Under the pieces are notes generated by a model that saw nothing but the letters and a program-made list of their open reading frames with translations, did not search any database and was not told the origin of the DNA. A DNA stretch of 64,000 nt, from contig JAUCBJ010002152.1 in the NCBI GenBank assembly GCA_032718475.1, positions 1 through 64,000 of the forward strand, in the 5' to 3' direction. The stretch is from Nemertoderma westbladi. Taxonomy: Eukaryota; Animalia; Xenacoelomorpha. The position numbers and the translations under genes are program-made. How positions within the stretch are numbered: the stretch's first letter is position 1; every line of letters starts with the position of its first letter. Of this stretch, positions 25,217 through 36,157 are shown piece after piece.

Positions 25217-25601
25217 GTATATGCTGACGACGTGGCCACCAACTACACGCATCATGCATATATTATATTATATTGATTGACAACTCCACGACCGCTGTCG
25301 CCAAATCAACAAACCAACCAGTATGATACATGAGATTCCGTCACGTTCCAGCTACGCGTATACGAGTATTAGTGATTATTATTACGCAATAATTTTTTTT
25401 GTTTATACAGTAGTTCCCTACCGGCTAATCAACCAATCAATAAACCGAATTTAGGCTATTTCTCAGTTTAAGACCTGTATTATTTTTGAAAATATCTTAT
25501 ATATATAATCTCTTGCTTTAATTGCAATTAATCATTTGTAATGGTTTTAGTTTAAAAGTTTTTACTTTGTTTGTTTAATTTACAATAAAATAAATTAAAT
25601 A

Positions 25602-26045
25602 ATGTCTTCTGATTCCGATATGGTTATGCCAATAGTAAGGCATTCATTTTTTGCAGAAGATGGTCAAGCCTATATTGTTATTGATTATACAATTTACCGT
25701 CAGGGAGATGATAAATATAAAATTGAGTTTTCTGAAAAAGCCAGGAAAGTTTTAAGCTCAATTGATATTGATGCTTCTGATAATAGTATTCATCTTTTAG
25801 ATTACAACCTGAAAGCTGAGCATGGGGGAAAATTAACCAACATCTTACTATTATCCATGATAGAGGGGTTTATTGTTATTACACAATACAACGAAGCTGG
25901 TGAAAAGTTTGAAATACGGCTAAATCGGCATAGCCCCTACGAAATTATGTCTTTCTTTATTGTAATGATTTCAAAAGAATCCTTTATCGAAACTGAAGAA
26001 TCAACGGATAATGTTGAATATGTTGATAATATCATTGATTCTTGA
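25602..26045 (+). CDS. Maverick hypothetical protein (147 aa)
   Basis: ATG ORF at the start of the plus-strand gene block; its 3' part is duplicated at 28612-28875. Confidence 0.6.
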   Translation: MSSDSDMVMPIVRHSFFAEDGQAYIVIDYTIYRQGDDKYKIEFSEKARKVLSSIDIDASDNSIHLLDYNLKAEHGGKLTNILLLSMIEGFIVITQYNEAGEKFEIRLNRHSPYEIMSFFIVMISKESFIETEESTDNVEYVDNIIDS

Positions 26046-26210
26046 CTTTTCCCTCTATATTATAAATATTTTATGATTATATATAAAATTTTGTTGTTTT
26101 TAAATAATCGAAAATTGTAGTAGTATTTGTATATACAGTATAACAGTTTTGTTTGTTGTTGTTGTTGTGTATTGTGGTAATTATTTTCAATTTACTTTAA
26201 AATTTGGAAA

Positions 26211-26663
26211 ATGGATATTTTAAATGAAAAATGTCCAGTTTGCTATTCTAAGTTATTGCAACAACATCGAGATTATTATAAATGTGAAAATAAACATGCA
26301 ACTTGCGTACAATGTATTGTACAATATTCCGAAATGAATAATTATTGTTCTAAAATTTGTCCTATTTGTCGCGCACCCATATCTAAGTTTAATATAAAGT
26401 TGGCAAGATACCAACCCTATTATTGGAAAGAGCTTCGCAATATAACTTATATTTCTGCGAAAAGTAATGATCCGGGAGATTTATTTACAATATTGGAGAA
26501 TATTTTTTATAGAAACGTAGTTCGAAGGTGTTGCTATTATATTCCTTATTTTTTTAGCAGCGAACATAAAAAAATCATTAGCGCGAAATTCTCGGGAAGT
26601 GATTTCCAAACCGCCGATGTTACCTATCATTATTTCGCGTATAAAGATGCTCACCATGCTTGA
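26211..26663 (+). CDS. RING-finger (C3HC4) protein, copy 1
   Basis: CPVC..CENKHATCVQC..CPICR. Confidence 0.85.
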   Translation: MDILNEKCPVCYSKLLQQHRDYYKCENKHATCVQCIVQYSEMNNYCSKICPICRAPISKFNIKLARYQPYYWKELRNITYISAKSNDPGDLFTILENIFYRNVVRRCCYYIPYFFSSEHKKIISAKFSGSDFQTADVTYHYFAYKDAHHA

Positions 26664-26879
26664 AATTACATCAGTCTATACTATAATTGGAAATAGCACC
26701 TTTTGTTGCAGCGAGCGTCACATACTGTAGTGGCGTCATATGTTAATTAAATATACAGTACTCTAATATTGTAGTTGCATCAATTATTGTTATATACATA
26801 GTAATGGTGTTGGTTTATTGATATTGATATTGATATTATATTATATTGTATTGTTGATATATCTTAATAATAATAATAA

Positions 26880-27560
26880 ATGGCTGACTTTAATTCAGGC
26901 CCATATAATTTAAACTTTCAAATGGGAACGAGTATGATAATTTCAGGGCCATCTGGTTCCGGAAAGTCAACCTTTGTAAGCAATTTAATTAAACACAAGA
27001 ATGGCTGCTTCAACGAAGCCCCCTTGCGAGTATTGTATTGTTACGGGAGCAATCCCCCGACTATTCCCGGTATTACTCACCTTTACAAAGGCTTGCCTGA
27101 AAATATAGATAGATTAGTCAATAGTCGAGATTTATTAATTATAGATGATTTGTTAACAGAAACTGAGTCCAGTACAGCATTAACTGTATTGTTTACTAAG
27201 GTAGCTCATCATTCCAATATATTTATTTGTTTTATAACGCAAAACATGTTTTACGGTGGGAAGCATAACCGCACAAGATCAATTAATAGCCATACTTTAG
27301 TATTAATGAAAAATCCGAGAGACAGTCTATCGGTTTTAAATTTCGCGAAGCAAATGTTACCAGGGCAGACCAAATTTTTAGTTGATTCCTATCAAGATGC
27401 AACAATTCAACCATTTTCACATTTCTTAATTGATTTACGACAGGAAACACCCGAACATTTAAGATTTAGATCGGATATATTTCGTAATCATAATTGTTAC
27501 ATTAAAAATTACATTGACTATAAACGTAGCGAAAATAATAATAATAATAATGATAAATAA
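26880..27560 (+). CDS. A32/FtsK-like packaging ATPase, intact copy
   Basis: Walker A GPSGSGKS, Walker B LLIIDD, HH.NI..ITQN, KNPRD. Confidence 0.95.
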   Translation: MADFNSGPYNLNFQMGTSMIISGPSGSGKSTFVSNLIKHKNGCFNEAPLRVLYCYGSNPPTIPGITHLYKGLPENIDRLVNSRDLLIIDDLLTETESSTALTVLFTKVAHHSNIFICFITQNMFYGGKHNRTRSINSHTLVLMKNPRDSLSVLNFAKQMLPGQTKFLVDSYQDATIQPFSHFLIDLRQETPEHLRFRSDIFRNHNCYIKNYIDYKRSENNNNNNDK

Positions 27561-27597
27561 TTAATATTTTGTAACAATTTTCAATAATGTTGCAACA

Positions 27598-27981
27598 ATG
27601 AATAGACTTGTGCAGAAATATCGTAACGAACTGGAATTTCTACGCAGCGCTACCCCTCAACAAAGAACTTATTTTATTAACCATACCGCCAGTAACGAAT
27701 TAATACGGCTCATTGTAAATACCGCATTAAATGTTCTAAAAGGTAACGTACAATTGACCCCTCATTCATTTAGAAATATTCGGCGCTATAAGAAGGTATT
27801 GAAATCCCTCAACCGTAAAACAAAAAATATATCAAGTTACAGAAAAAAGTTAAGCAATCAATCTGGAGGCATACTACCGTTTCTAATACCCTTACTCGGC
27901 ATTGGTGCGAAACTTGCCGCGAGTGCCGGTGCCGCTGCCGCTGGGGCTGCTATTGCGAAAAAAATTAACCGTGGACGGTAA
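27598..27981 (+). CDS. Small basic core-like protein with adenovirus pX-like tail, copy 1
   Basis: K/R-rich; QSGGILPFLIPLLG followed by an Ala-rich tail. Confidence 0.75.
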   Translation: MNRLVQKYRNELEFLRSATPQQRTYFINHTASNELIRLIVNTALNVLKGNVQLTPHSFRNIRRYKKVLKSLNRKTKNISSYRKKLSNQSGGILPFLIPLLGIGAKLAASAGAAAAGAAIAKKINRGR

Positions 27982-28205
27982 TAATGGTTCAAACGGGAGT
28001 AACATTTAGAAAATTATATTTAGTATCGAGTAAACCGTTAGCTACTGATTTAAAACCACAAGATATACCTAGAGTAAATACTACAAAAAGAAAACCCTTT
28101 AAAACATCAACTTCAAAGAAAATAATCAAAAAATTTCAGTTGTTCTTACGGTGATGCCCTTTATAAGAGATTTGAATATACATATTACTTGCGGTTGTCG
28201 AAAAG

Positions 28206-28588
28206 ATGCCTCGCAAGATGAAACCGATTTTAAGCCGAAGATTAGACAAAAAACTGTTAAGAATTTATTTAGATCCTTCATCCCCTGCGGGATTTGCAAG
28301 TGTTGCAAAATTAGCAAAAGCTGCAAACATCAAACCAGCGCAAGCCCAGAAATGGTTGAGCGGGCAAAAGACATACACCCTTCACGCTCCACGTAGACAA
28401 CATTATCCAACATCTAAAATATTTACGGGAGGCATAAAAGATATATATATGATAGATCTGGTGGATATGCAGCAATATAAATCGCAAAATAATAATTATA
28501 ACTATATATTAACGTGCATTGATGCCTTCAGTCGGCTTGCTTTTGCCTATGCTATGAAAACAAAAAAGGGTGTTGAAATTATTAGTAT
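28206..28588 (+). pseudogene. Truncated integrase (duplication copy 1)
   Basis: Same as the 5' part of 31036-32127; cut at the duplication junction. Confidence 0.9.
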
Positions 28589-29040
28589 TCAAATACTATA
28601 TTATTAGTGCAAATAGTATTCATCTTTTAGATTACAACCTGAAAGCTGAGCATGGGGGAAAATTAACCAACATCTTACTATTATCCATGATAGAGGGGTT
28701 TATTGTTATTACACAATACAACGAAGCTGGTGAAAAGTTTGAAATACGGCTAAATCGGCATAGCCCCTACGAAATTATGTCTTTCTTTATTGTAATGATT
28801 TCAAAAGAATCCTTTATCGAAACTGAAGAATCAACGGATAATGTTGAATATGTTGATAATATCATTGATTCTTGACTTTTCCCTCTATATTATAAATATT
28901 TTATGATTATATATAAAATTTTGTTGTTTTTAAATAATCGAAAATTGTAGTAGTATTTGTATATACAGTATAACAGTTTTGTTTGTTGTTGTTGTTGTGT
29001 ATTGTGGTAATTATTTACAATTTACTTTAAAATTTGGAAA

Positions 29041-29493
29041 ATGGATATTTTAAATGAAAAATGTCCAGTTTGCTATTCTAAGTTATTGCAACAACATCGA
29101 GATTATTATAAATGTGAAAATAAACATGCAACTTGCGTACAATGTATTGTACAATATTCCGAAATGAATAATTATTGTTCTAAAATTTGTCCTATTTGTC
29201 GCGCACCCATATCTAAGTTTAATATAAAGTTGGCAAGATACCAACCCTATTATTGGAAAGAGCTTCGCAATATAACTTATATTTCTGCGAAAAGTAATGA
29301 TCCGGGAGATTTATTTACAATATTGGAGAATATTTTTTATAGAAACGTAGTTCGAAGGTGTTGCTATTATATTCCTTATTTTTTTAGCAGCGAACATAAA
29401 AAAATCATTAGCGCGAAATTCTCGGGAAGTGATTTCCAAACCGCCGATGTTACCTATCATTATTTCGCGTATAAAGATGCTCACCATGCTTGA
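29041..29493 (+). CDS. RING-finger protein, copy 2
   Basis: Protein identical to 26211-26663. Confidence 0.85.
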   Translation: MDILNEKCPVCYSKLLQQHRDYYKCENKHATCVQCIVQYSEMNNYCSKICPICRAPISKFNIKLARYQPYYWKELRNITYISAKSNDPGDLFTILENIFYRNVVRRCCYYIPYFFSSEHKKIISAKFSGSDFQTADVTYHYFAYKDAHHA

Positions 29494-29709
29494 AATTACA
29501 TCAGTCTATACTATAATTGGAAATAGCACCTTTTGTTGCAGCGAGCGTCACATACTGTAGTGGCGTCATATGTTAATTAAATATACAGTACTCTAATATT
29601 GTAGTTGCATCAATTATTGTTATATACATAGTAATGGTGTTGGTTTATTGATATTGATATTGATATTATATTATATTGTATTGTTGATATATCTTAATAA
29701 TAATAATAA

Positions 29710-30390
29710 ATGGCTGACTTTAATTCAGGCCCATATAATTTAAACTTTCAAATGGGAATGAGTATGATAATTTCAGGGCCATCTGGTTCCGGAAAGTCAA
29801 CCTTTGTAAGCAATTTAATTAAACACAAGAATGGCTGCTTCAACGAAGCCCCCTTGCGAGTATTGTATTGTTAAGGGAGCAATCCCCCGACTATTCCCGG
29901 TATTACTCACCTTTACAAAGGCTTGCCTGAAAATATAGATAGATTAGTCAATAGTCGAGATTTATTAATTATAGATGATTTGTTAACAGAAACTGAGTCC
30001 AGTACAGCATTAACTGTATTGTTTACTAAGGTAGCTCATCATTCCAATATATTTATTTGTTTTATAACGCAAAACATGTTTTACGGTGGGAAGCATAACA
30101 GCACAAGATCAATTAATAGCCATACTTTAGTATTAATGAAAAATCCGAGAGACAGTCTATCGGTTTTAAATTTCGCGAAGCAAATGTTACCAGGGCAGAC
30201 CAAATTTTTAGTTGATTCCTATCAAGATGCAACAATTCAACCATTTTCACATTTCTTAATTGATTTACGACAGGAAACACCCGAACATTTAAGATTTAGA
30301 TCGGATATATTTCGTAATCATAATTGTTACATTAAAAATTACATTGACTATAAACGTAGCGAAAATAATAATAATAATAATGATAAATAA
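29710..30390 (+). pseudogene. Packaging ATPase copy 2 with nonsense mutation
   Basis: TAC>TAA at 29872-29874 relative to copy 1. Confidence 0.9.
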
Positions 30391-30427
30391 TTAATATTTT
30401 GTAACAATTTTCAATAATGTTGCAACA

Positions 30428-30811
30428 ATGAATAGACTTGTGCAGAAATATCGTAACGAACTGGAATTTCTACGCAGCGCTACCCCTCAACAAAGAACTT
30501 ATTTTATTAACCATACCGCCAGTAACGAATTAATACGGCTCATTGTAAATACCGCATTAAATGTTCTAAAAGGTAACGTACAATTGACCCCTCATTCATT
30601 TAGAAATATTCGGCGCTATAAGAAGGTATTGAAATCCCTCAACCGTAAAACAAAAAATATATCAAGTTACAGAAAAAAGTTAAGCAATCAATCTGGAGGC
30701 ATACTACCGTTTCTAATACCCTTACTCGGCATTGGTGCGAAACTTGCCGCGAGTGCCGGTGCCGCTGCCGCTGGGGCTGCTATTGCGAAAAAAATTAACC
30801 GTGGACGGTAA
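30428..30811 (+). CDS. Small basic pX-like protein, copy 2
   Basis: Protein identical to 27598-27981. Confidence 0.75.
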   Translation: MNRLVQKYRNELEFLRSATPQQRTYFINHTASNELIRLIVNTALNVLKGNVQLTPHSFRNIRRYKKVLKSLNRKTKNISSYRKKLSNQSGGILPFLIPLLGIGAKLAASAGAAAAGAAIAKKINRGR

Positions 30812-31035
30812 TAATGGTTAAAACGGGAGTAACATTTAGAAAATTATATTTAGTATCGAGTAAACCGTTAGCTACTGATTTAAAACCACAAGATATACCT
30901 AGAGTAAATACTACAAAAAGAAAACCCTTTAAAACATCAACTTCAAAGAAAATAATCAAAAAATTTCAGTTGTTCTTACGGTGATGCCCTTTATAAGAGA
31001 TTTGAATATACATATTACTTGCGGTTGTCGAAAAG

Positions 31036-32127
31036 ATGCCTCGCAAGATGAAACCGATTTTAAGCCGAAGATTAGACAAAAAACTGTTAAGAATTTATTT
31101 AGATCCTTCATCCCCTGCGGGATTTGCAAGTGTTGCAAAATTAGCAAAAGCTGCAAACATCAAACCAGCGCAAGCCCAGAAATGGTTGAGCGGGCAAAAG
31201 ACATACACCCTTCACGCTCCACGTAGACAACATTATCCAACATCTAAAATATTTACGGGAGGCATAAAAGATATATATATGATAGATCTGGTAGATATGC
31301 AGCAATATAAATCGCAAAATAATAATTATAACTATATATTAACGTGCATTGATGCCTTCAGTCGGCTTGCTTTTGCCTATGCTATGAAAACAAAAAAGGG
31401 TGTTGAAATTATTAGTATATTGCAAAAAATATTCCAGAAAGGAAAACCAAACAGAATCGCCACAGATCAAGGTTCTGAGTTTCTAAATAAATCTGTAAGG
31501 AAATATTTAGATACGTTAGGTATACAGTATTACGTAATATATTCTGTGAATAAGGCGGCTATTGTCGAGAGATTCAACAGAACCTTAAAAACAAAGATGT
31601 TCAAAATTTTCACGCAAAGGGGAAATAATATTTGGATAAAAATTTTACCTAAGCTTATCTCGGCTTATAATAGGTCGTATCATAGGACAATAAAAATGAC
31701 ACCTATTGAAGTTAATAAATTTAATGAAACTGAATTAATGAATAGATTATATGGGAAATATAGACAGATAAATCACAAGAAAATAAAATTTAAAGTTGGA
31801 GATACAGTACGATTATCTATTGCTCGTACTGCTTTTGCTAAAGGCTATCGAGAACAATGGACACGTGAATTATTTATTATTCATCGTGTCAGGTTGGATA
31901 GAGTACCAGCGGTAATGTTCAATATTAAGGACAGCGCTGGAGCTATAATAAAGGGCTCATTTTATTCTCACGAACTCCAAAAGGTCCACCCGAATAGTAA
32001 TATTTATCTAGCAATTGACAAAAAAAATATTGGCAAACTTAAAGAGCGTGTACGCAATGGGAAGAAAGAATATTTAGTCCGATTCATCGGATCCAAGAAA
32101 CAGTCCTGGGTACAGCATATTCAATAA
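31036..32127 (+). CDS. Maverick rve integrase with C-terminal chromo-like segment
   Basis: IDLVDM, ILTCIDAFSR, TDQGSEF, ERFNRTLK, YNRSYHRTIKMTP, FKVGDTVR, KEYLVRFIG..SWV. Confidence 0.95.
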   Translation: MPRKMKPILSRRLDKKLLRIYLDPSSPAGFASVAKLAKAANIKPAQAQKWLSGQKTYTLHAPRRQHYPTSKIFTGGIKDIYMIDLVDMQQYKSQNNNYNYILTCIDAFSRLAFAYAMKTKKGVEIISILQKIFQKGKPNRIATDQGSEFLNKSVRKYLDTLGIQYYVIYSVNKAAIVERFNRTLKTKMFKIFTQRGNNIWIKILPKLISAYNRSYHRTIKMTPIEVNKFNETELMNRLYGKYRQINHKKIKFKVGDTVRLSIARTAFAKGYREQWTRELFIIHRVRLDRVPAVMFNIKDSAGAIIKGSFYSHELQKVHPNSNIYLAIDKKNIGKLKERVRNGKKEYLVRFIGSKKQSWVQHIQ

Positions 32128-32375
32128 GCTTAGGTTTATACTGTATATTAATTCATTTTGGTCGCATATGACCGTAATTAATCAATAATATTAACTCGAA
32201 TGATATTACTATATCTATAGTTCATCCGCTTTAAATAAAGCCAGTAAAATATTGATCCCTCGCATATACTGTAGAAGATGCGGCAATGAACGTGGTCACA
32301 GATGTCTATAATTTAACATTATACTGTATGTACAAAGGAGTCAAGTAGAGAGAGCGAGCTTAAATAATAATAATA

Positions 32376-33253
32376 ATGGCCACAGATACATATATCACTC
32401 TACTTTCAGATAGCTCATTGAACACTTATCCCAATAATAATCCTAGTGAGTTTACTGTTGATTTAGCTGAAGAATTATATATTGGTCCAAACGCCAAAAT
32501 TGGGTAAACAGTAATATTACGCTGCAAACTCAAATTTCGCTGTCAATCGGGGTAGATGCAAAAGATGCCAAATTATATAGTTTATTTTCTGGTATGCATA
32601 ACTCTATTCAAGTGATTATTGATGATATAAATAAACTGTTTAATTCTGAAGCGAAATATAGAGATTTCGAATTCATTTTTAATACAAATAATTCTAGAAT
32701 TAAATTTTAATTTCCTAAAAAGTTGAAAAAAATACAATTAAGTCTACGTGGTGATTTAATACAAATTCTAGGCTTAAAACCGTTATTGGATCGGAATCAT
32801 CTGGATATTCCGAATTGGGATATATACAGTACCACTACAGTAGATGAATTAAGCAATATAGAACAGCCGATATTAATTTTTAATTATAGCGGGCCAAAAA
32901 TTTCGGAAATTGGCATTTTAGATTTTCCAGCTCCCATAAATATAACACGTAATAAAGATACAATTTTCATATACACAGATATTATTAAGAGCTCATTTGT
33001 TGGCGACGCTTTAGCTCCACTCTTAAGAACCTGCCCTTTAACGCAATTAAATCGAAAATATATTAATCACGAATACGAGAGCATTTGCTATTACCCATTG
33101 TTGAATAAAAAACTAAAAACAATCTTAATTACTTTACGTGACGGCCAAGGCCAATTAATTAACTTCAGCGGAGGTCGCACTGTTATAACACTTAAGTTAA
33201 ATATATGTCGCAGTGTCCGAGTGGATACGGCGCCTGAACTGCTTACACAATAG
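32376..33253 (+). pseudogene. Minor capsid (penton-like) protein 1, disrupted
   Basis: N-terminus MATDTYITLLSDSSLNTYPNNNPSEFTVDL at 32376; C-terminus IYTDII..VGD..APLLR..ITLRDGQG..INF...VITL; frameshifts/stops and a SINE at the 3' end. Confidence 0.85.
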
Positions 33254-33467
33254 TGTTTGGAGGCGCAGGTTCGAATCTGACTAAAGGCTGTAGAAATTTC
33301 GCACTGTTGTGTCCCTAGGCAAGACACTTTAGACATTAGTGCCAACGTCAACCCAGCGGTATAATGGGAACCTGGCTTTGCTGGGGTAATGATAATAAAA
33401 GCGCTTTGAGTATGCTGAGCGTAGAAAAGCGCTATATAAATAACCAATATTATTATTATTATTATTA
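33207..33467 (+). mobile_element. tRNA-derived SINE
   Basis: A box TGTCCGAGTGG, B box GGTTCGAATC, central GTGTCCCTAGGCAAGACACTT and ACCCAGCGGTATAATGGGAACC, tail AAAGCGCTATATAAAT..(TAT)n. Confidence 0.85.
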
Positions 33468-33483
33468 ATACGGGGTGGCGGTG

Positions 33484-34329
33484 ATGGATGAGTTCTACGT
33501 TAGACTACCAAGTAATTCCTGTCCAATTGATTTTCCCCGCAATAGCGCTAGTAATTATCAGATAAATTTCCACGGCGCCTTACCTATAAATCCAAACGAA
33601 AACTGGGTGGTAGGTATAAAAAGTATATTTTACTTAGCAACGTTGCCGTCCATGTATAACAATGTAGAGAATGTTATTTTATTAAAAAAAGGAAAAAAAA
33701 ATTTTGAGGATACACTTCCATCCGGTTTGTTCTACAGTATCAATGACATTATAGATTATTTTAACACGGGGGCGTTGAAAGATAAATTACAAATAGTTGA
33801 AAATACTCAGCAAAATAGGTTGCAATTTATTTTAGGGAAAACTGTGCGAGAGTTATTTATAGGTCAACAATTAGCCTATTATTTTGGAATTACTGAAAAT
33901 AATCTCGGCGCGAATTTAAATCCAAATTTTAAAATTATTTTGAAGACGAAAAATAATATAAAGGGTTATTTAATAAAGGTTATCGGAAATGGAGAAAAAG
34001 CTTACCAGATGGTATTTTTATGCCCTCAACCACCCAATTCTATTCCAGAACCTAAGTCGAACATGTACGTGACTACTAATATAATTGAAAATGAATATAT
34101 TAACGATTTTGGTTTAGCTTTACTTCGTCGTGTTGCGATACCTGATGATGTGAAATATGGTAGCGTAATAAATAAAGAATTTGTCAAGGATACAATTCAT
34201 TATATCTCTGTAAAAAAATCATATAAGATAACATACATTCATATTGAAATAACAGACAAAGAAGGAAAAGATTTGAATTTTGAATACGGGACAACATCTA
34301 TTACATTACACTTTAAACGTATAAATTAA
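33484..34329 (+). CDS. Minor capsid (penton-like) protein 2
   Basis: FYVRLPSNS..FPRNSASNY, WVVGIKSI, LLRRV, ITDKEG..F..GTTSITLHFKR. Confidence 0.85.
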   Translation: MDEFYVRLPSNSCPIDFPRNSASNYQINFHGALPINPNENWVVGIKSIFYLATLPSMYNNVENVILLKKGKKNFEDTLPSGLFYSINDIIDYFNTGALKDKLQIVENTQQNRLQFILGKTVRELFIGQQLAYYFGITENNLGANLNPNFKIILKTKNNIKGYLIKVIGNGEKAYQMVFLCPQPPNSIPEPKSNMYVTTNIIENEYINDFGLALLRRVAIPDDVKYGSVINKEFVKDTIHYISVKKSYKITYIHIEITDKEGKDLNFEYGTTSITLHFKRIN

Positions 34330-34330
34330 A

Positions 34331-34894
34331 ATGGATTCTGATTTATTTCAAAGATACAGTATACCTCAATATGGTGGTTCAGACTCTAATCTTGCTGTTT
34401 TTAAAGGTGGTAGAAGTACCAGAGGTTCGACGCAAGTTCCTGTTTTTCGAGGTGGTTCATATATTGACCCTTACGGTCAACAAATTGGCACATTTGGTCC
34501 AAACTTAAAACAATGTCGTTTTCAGCGTTATCGTAGAGGTATGCGGGCAAATCAACACGGAGAAGGTATATTTACAGACGCCTTATCGACATTGAAAAAA
34601 TTTGGTAAGCCATTAGCTAAAAAAGTTTTACAGAAAGCTTTACCATTTACCACAAAATTTATGAGACAACACGTAATACCAAAAGGTAAGCGGGTCTTAC
34701 ATCAGCAGGCTAATACGGTTATTAATAAAGCATTAAATAAAATGAAACCGTCAACAAGGTCAGTTGTAGAAAAAGTTTATAGAGATTTAAAGCGATCCGC
34801 TAGACCAATGTCTATGAACATACATCATCGACGTAGTAATAAAAATAAAAAAATAAAGGGTAAACTGAAACACTGCGAAAAAAGTATTTTTTAA
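34331..34894 (+). CDS. Basic core-like protein with QxGG/QxGxG motifs
   Basis: QYGG, VFKGG, VFRGG, QHGEGIF; K/R-rich; lies directly before the MCP. Confidence 0.7.
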   Translation: MDSDLFQRYSIPQYGGSDSNLAVFKGGRSTRGSTQVPVFRGGSYIDPYGQQIGTFGPNLKQCRFQRYRRGMRANQHGEGIFTDALSTLKKFGKPLAKKVLQKALPFTTKFMRQHVIPKGKRVLHQQANTVINKALNKMKPSTRSVVEKVYRDLKRSARPMSMNIHHRRSNKNKKIKGKLKHCEKSIF

Positions 34895-34896
34895 TA

Positions 34897-36155
34897 ATGT
34901 CAATTATTAAGGAATTAGATTTATTTTCTTCACAGCCAATACAGACTGAATTTAAAGCAAAGCATTATGAAACAATTTACCCCGTATCTAATCTCAGAAG
35001 TGAATCTAGGGAGGTCACGTCCTTGTACCGAGATCCAATGAATTCTATACGAAACTGCAAGACGCGTTATTAATTACAAAATGTACTGTACGCTGGGATA
35101 GACGACTTGAAAACTCCCATATTTATATGCTGAATTACCCCGCTGAAACTATGTGGAGTGATATTAAAATAGACCTTAATGAGAAGCAGGTTGAAAATAG
35201 CAATAACCATTATTTCTACAAGTCGTACTTATCCAATTTATTATTTACAACTTACGAGGATAAAAATGGGCTACTGGGTGCGGGTGGCTTTCATCAACCT
35301 TTATCTGAGCACGGAAATGAAATTGATCCCGGCGCGCATCCTATTGCCGATGCCTTTAGTAAACAAATGCAATTTGTAAGTGGATTGACAATTGATTTTG
35401 ATACTGAAACTAAAATAATACAACCCGGGTATGATTTAAGAATGCATTTTAGAAAAGTATCAAATTCGTTTATTTTTAAAATCACTCCAAACGCAAACGC
35501 TGTGACAAATCTTCGACTAGAATTAGATGAAATAAAGATTCTAATCCCTAGAATGGAGGTTAATCCTGTAATAGAAAGCAGTCACCTAAAAGGTTTAGAG
35601 AGTTACGATATTGAATATCAATTTCAAAAAAAGGAGGTGACAACATTTACTATTCCCGCTCAAACCACAAATTACACCCAAACAAACATATTTGATGGTA
35701 AATAACCCAAATTAGTTATTATTGGCTTCATAACAAATAACGCTTATTCGGGAGAATTAATTAGCAATCCCTTGAAATTTGAACATTTTAACCTTAGACG
35801 CGCGGAACTGATTGTAGACGGTCTTCCAGTAGGGGGTGTAATATACGAGCCTAATTTTACAGATGGAACATATATTTTTGAGTATACTCAATTAATGAAG
35901 AACATTAATACATATATTAACGGTTATGGAGGTAATAATATAGACCATGAAACCTACTTAGGTAATTGCCCCATGCTATCCTGGGACCTAACCGCCGACG
36001 GCTACGTTAGAGATCCGCAACCGTCGATATATACTAACGGCCAATTAAAATTAAGATTTGCCGAACCGTTGGTTGAAACCATAAATGTAATCGTTTTTAA
36101 TATTTATGATCAATCATTAAGTTTAAATAGCAGGAAAGAAATACATATCGATTAA
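34897..36155 (+). pseudogene. Major capsid protein (double jelly roll), disrupted
   Basis: MSIIKELDLFSSQPIQT start, YFYKSYLSNLL, GK*PKLVIIGF..NPLKFEHF, WDLTAD, LKLRFAEPL; frameshift before 35127 and in-frame TAA at 35703. Confidence 0.9.
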
Positions 36156-36157
36156 GT

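Larger units (their letters stand above)
25782..31418 (+). repeat. 2830-bp-period tandem duplication (25782-28588 / 28612-31418)
   Basis: Near-identical copies at offset 2830 separated by a 23-bp filler. Confidence 0.95.

Noticed and set aside
28570-28875. Chimeric 101-aa ORF at the duplication junction
   Set aside because: By-product of the junction with a non-ATG start; only a truncated copy of 25602-26045.
33207-33290. Possible tRNA gene inside the Maverick
   Set aside because: A and B boxes are present but there is no complete cloverleaf, and a SINE body and tail follow.
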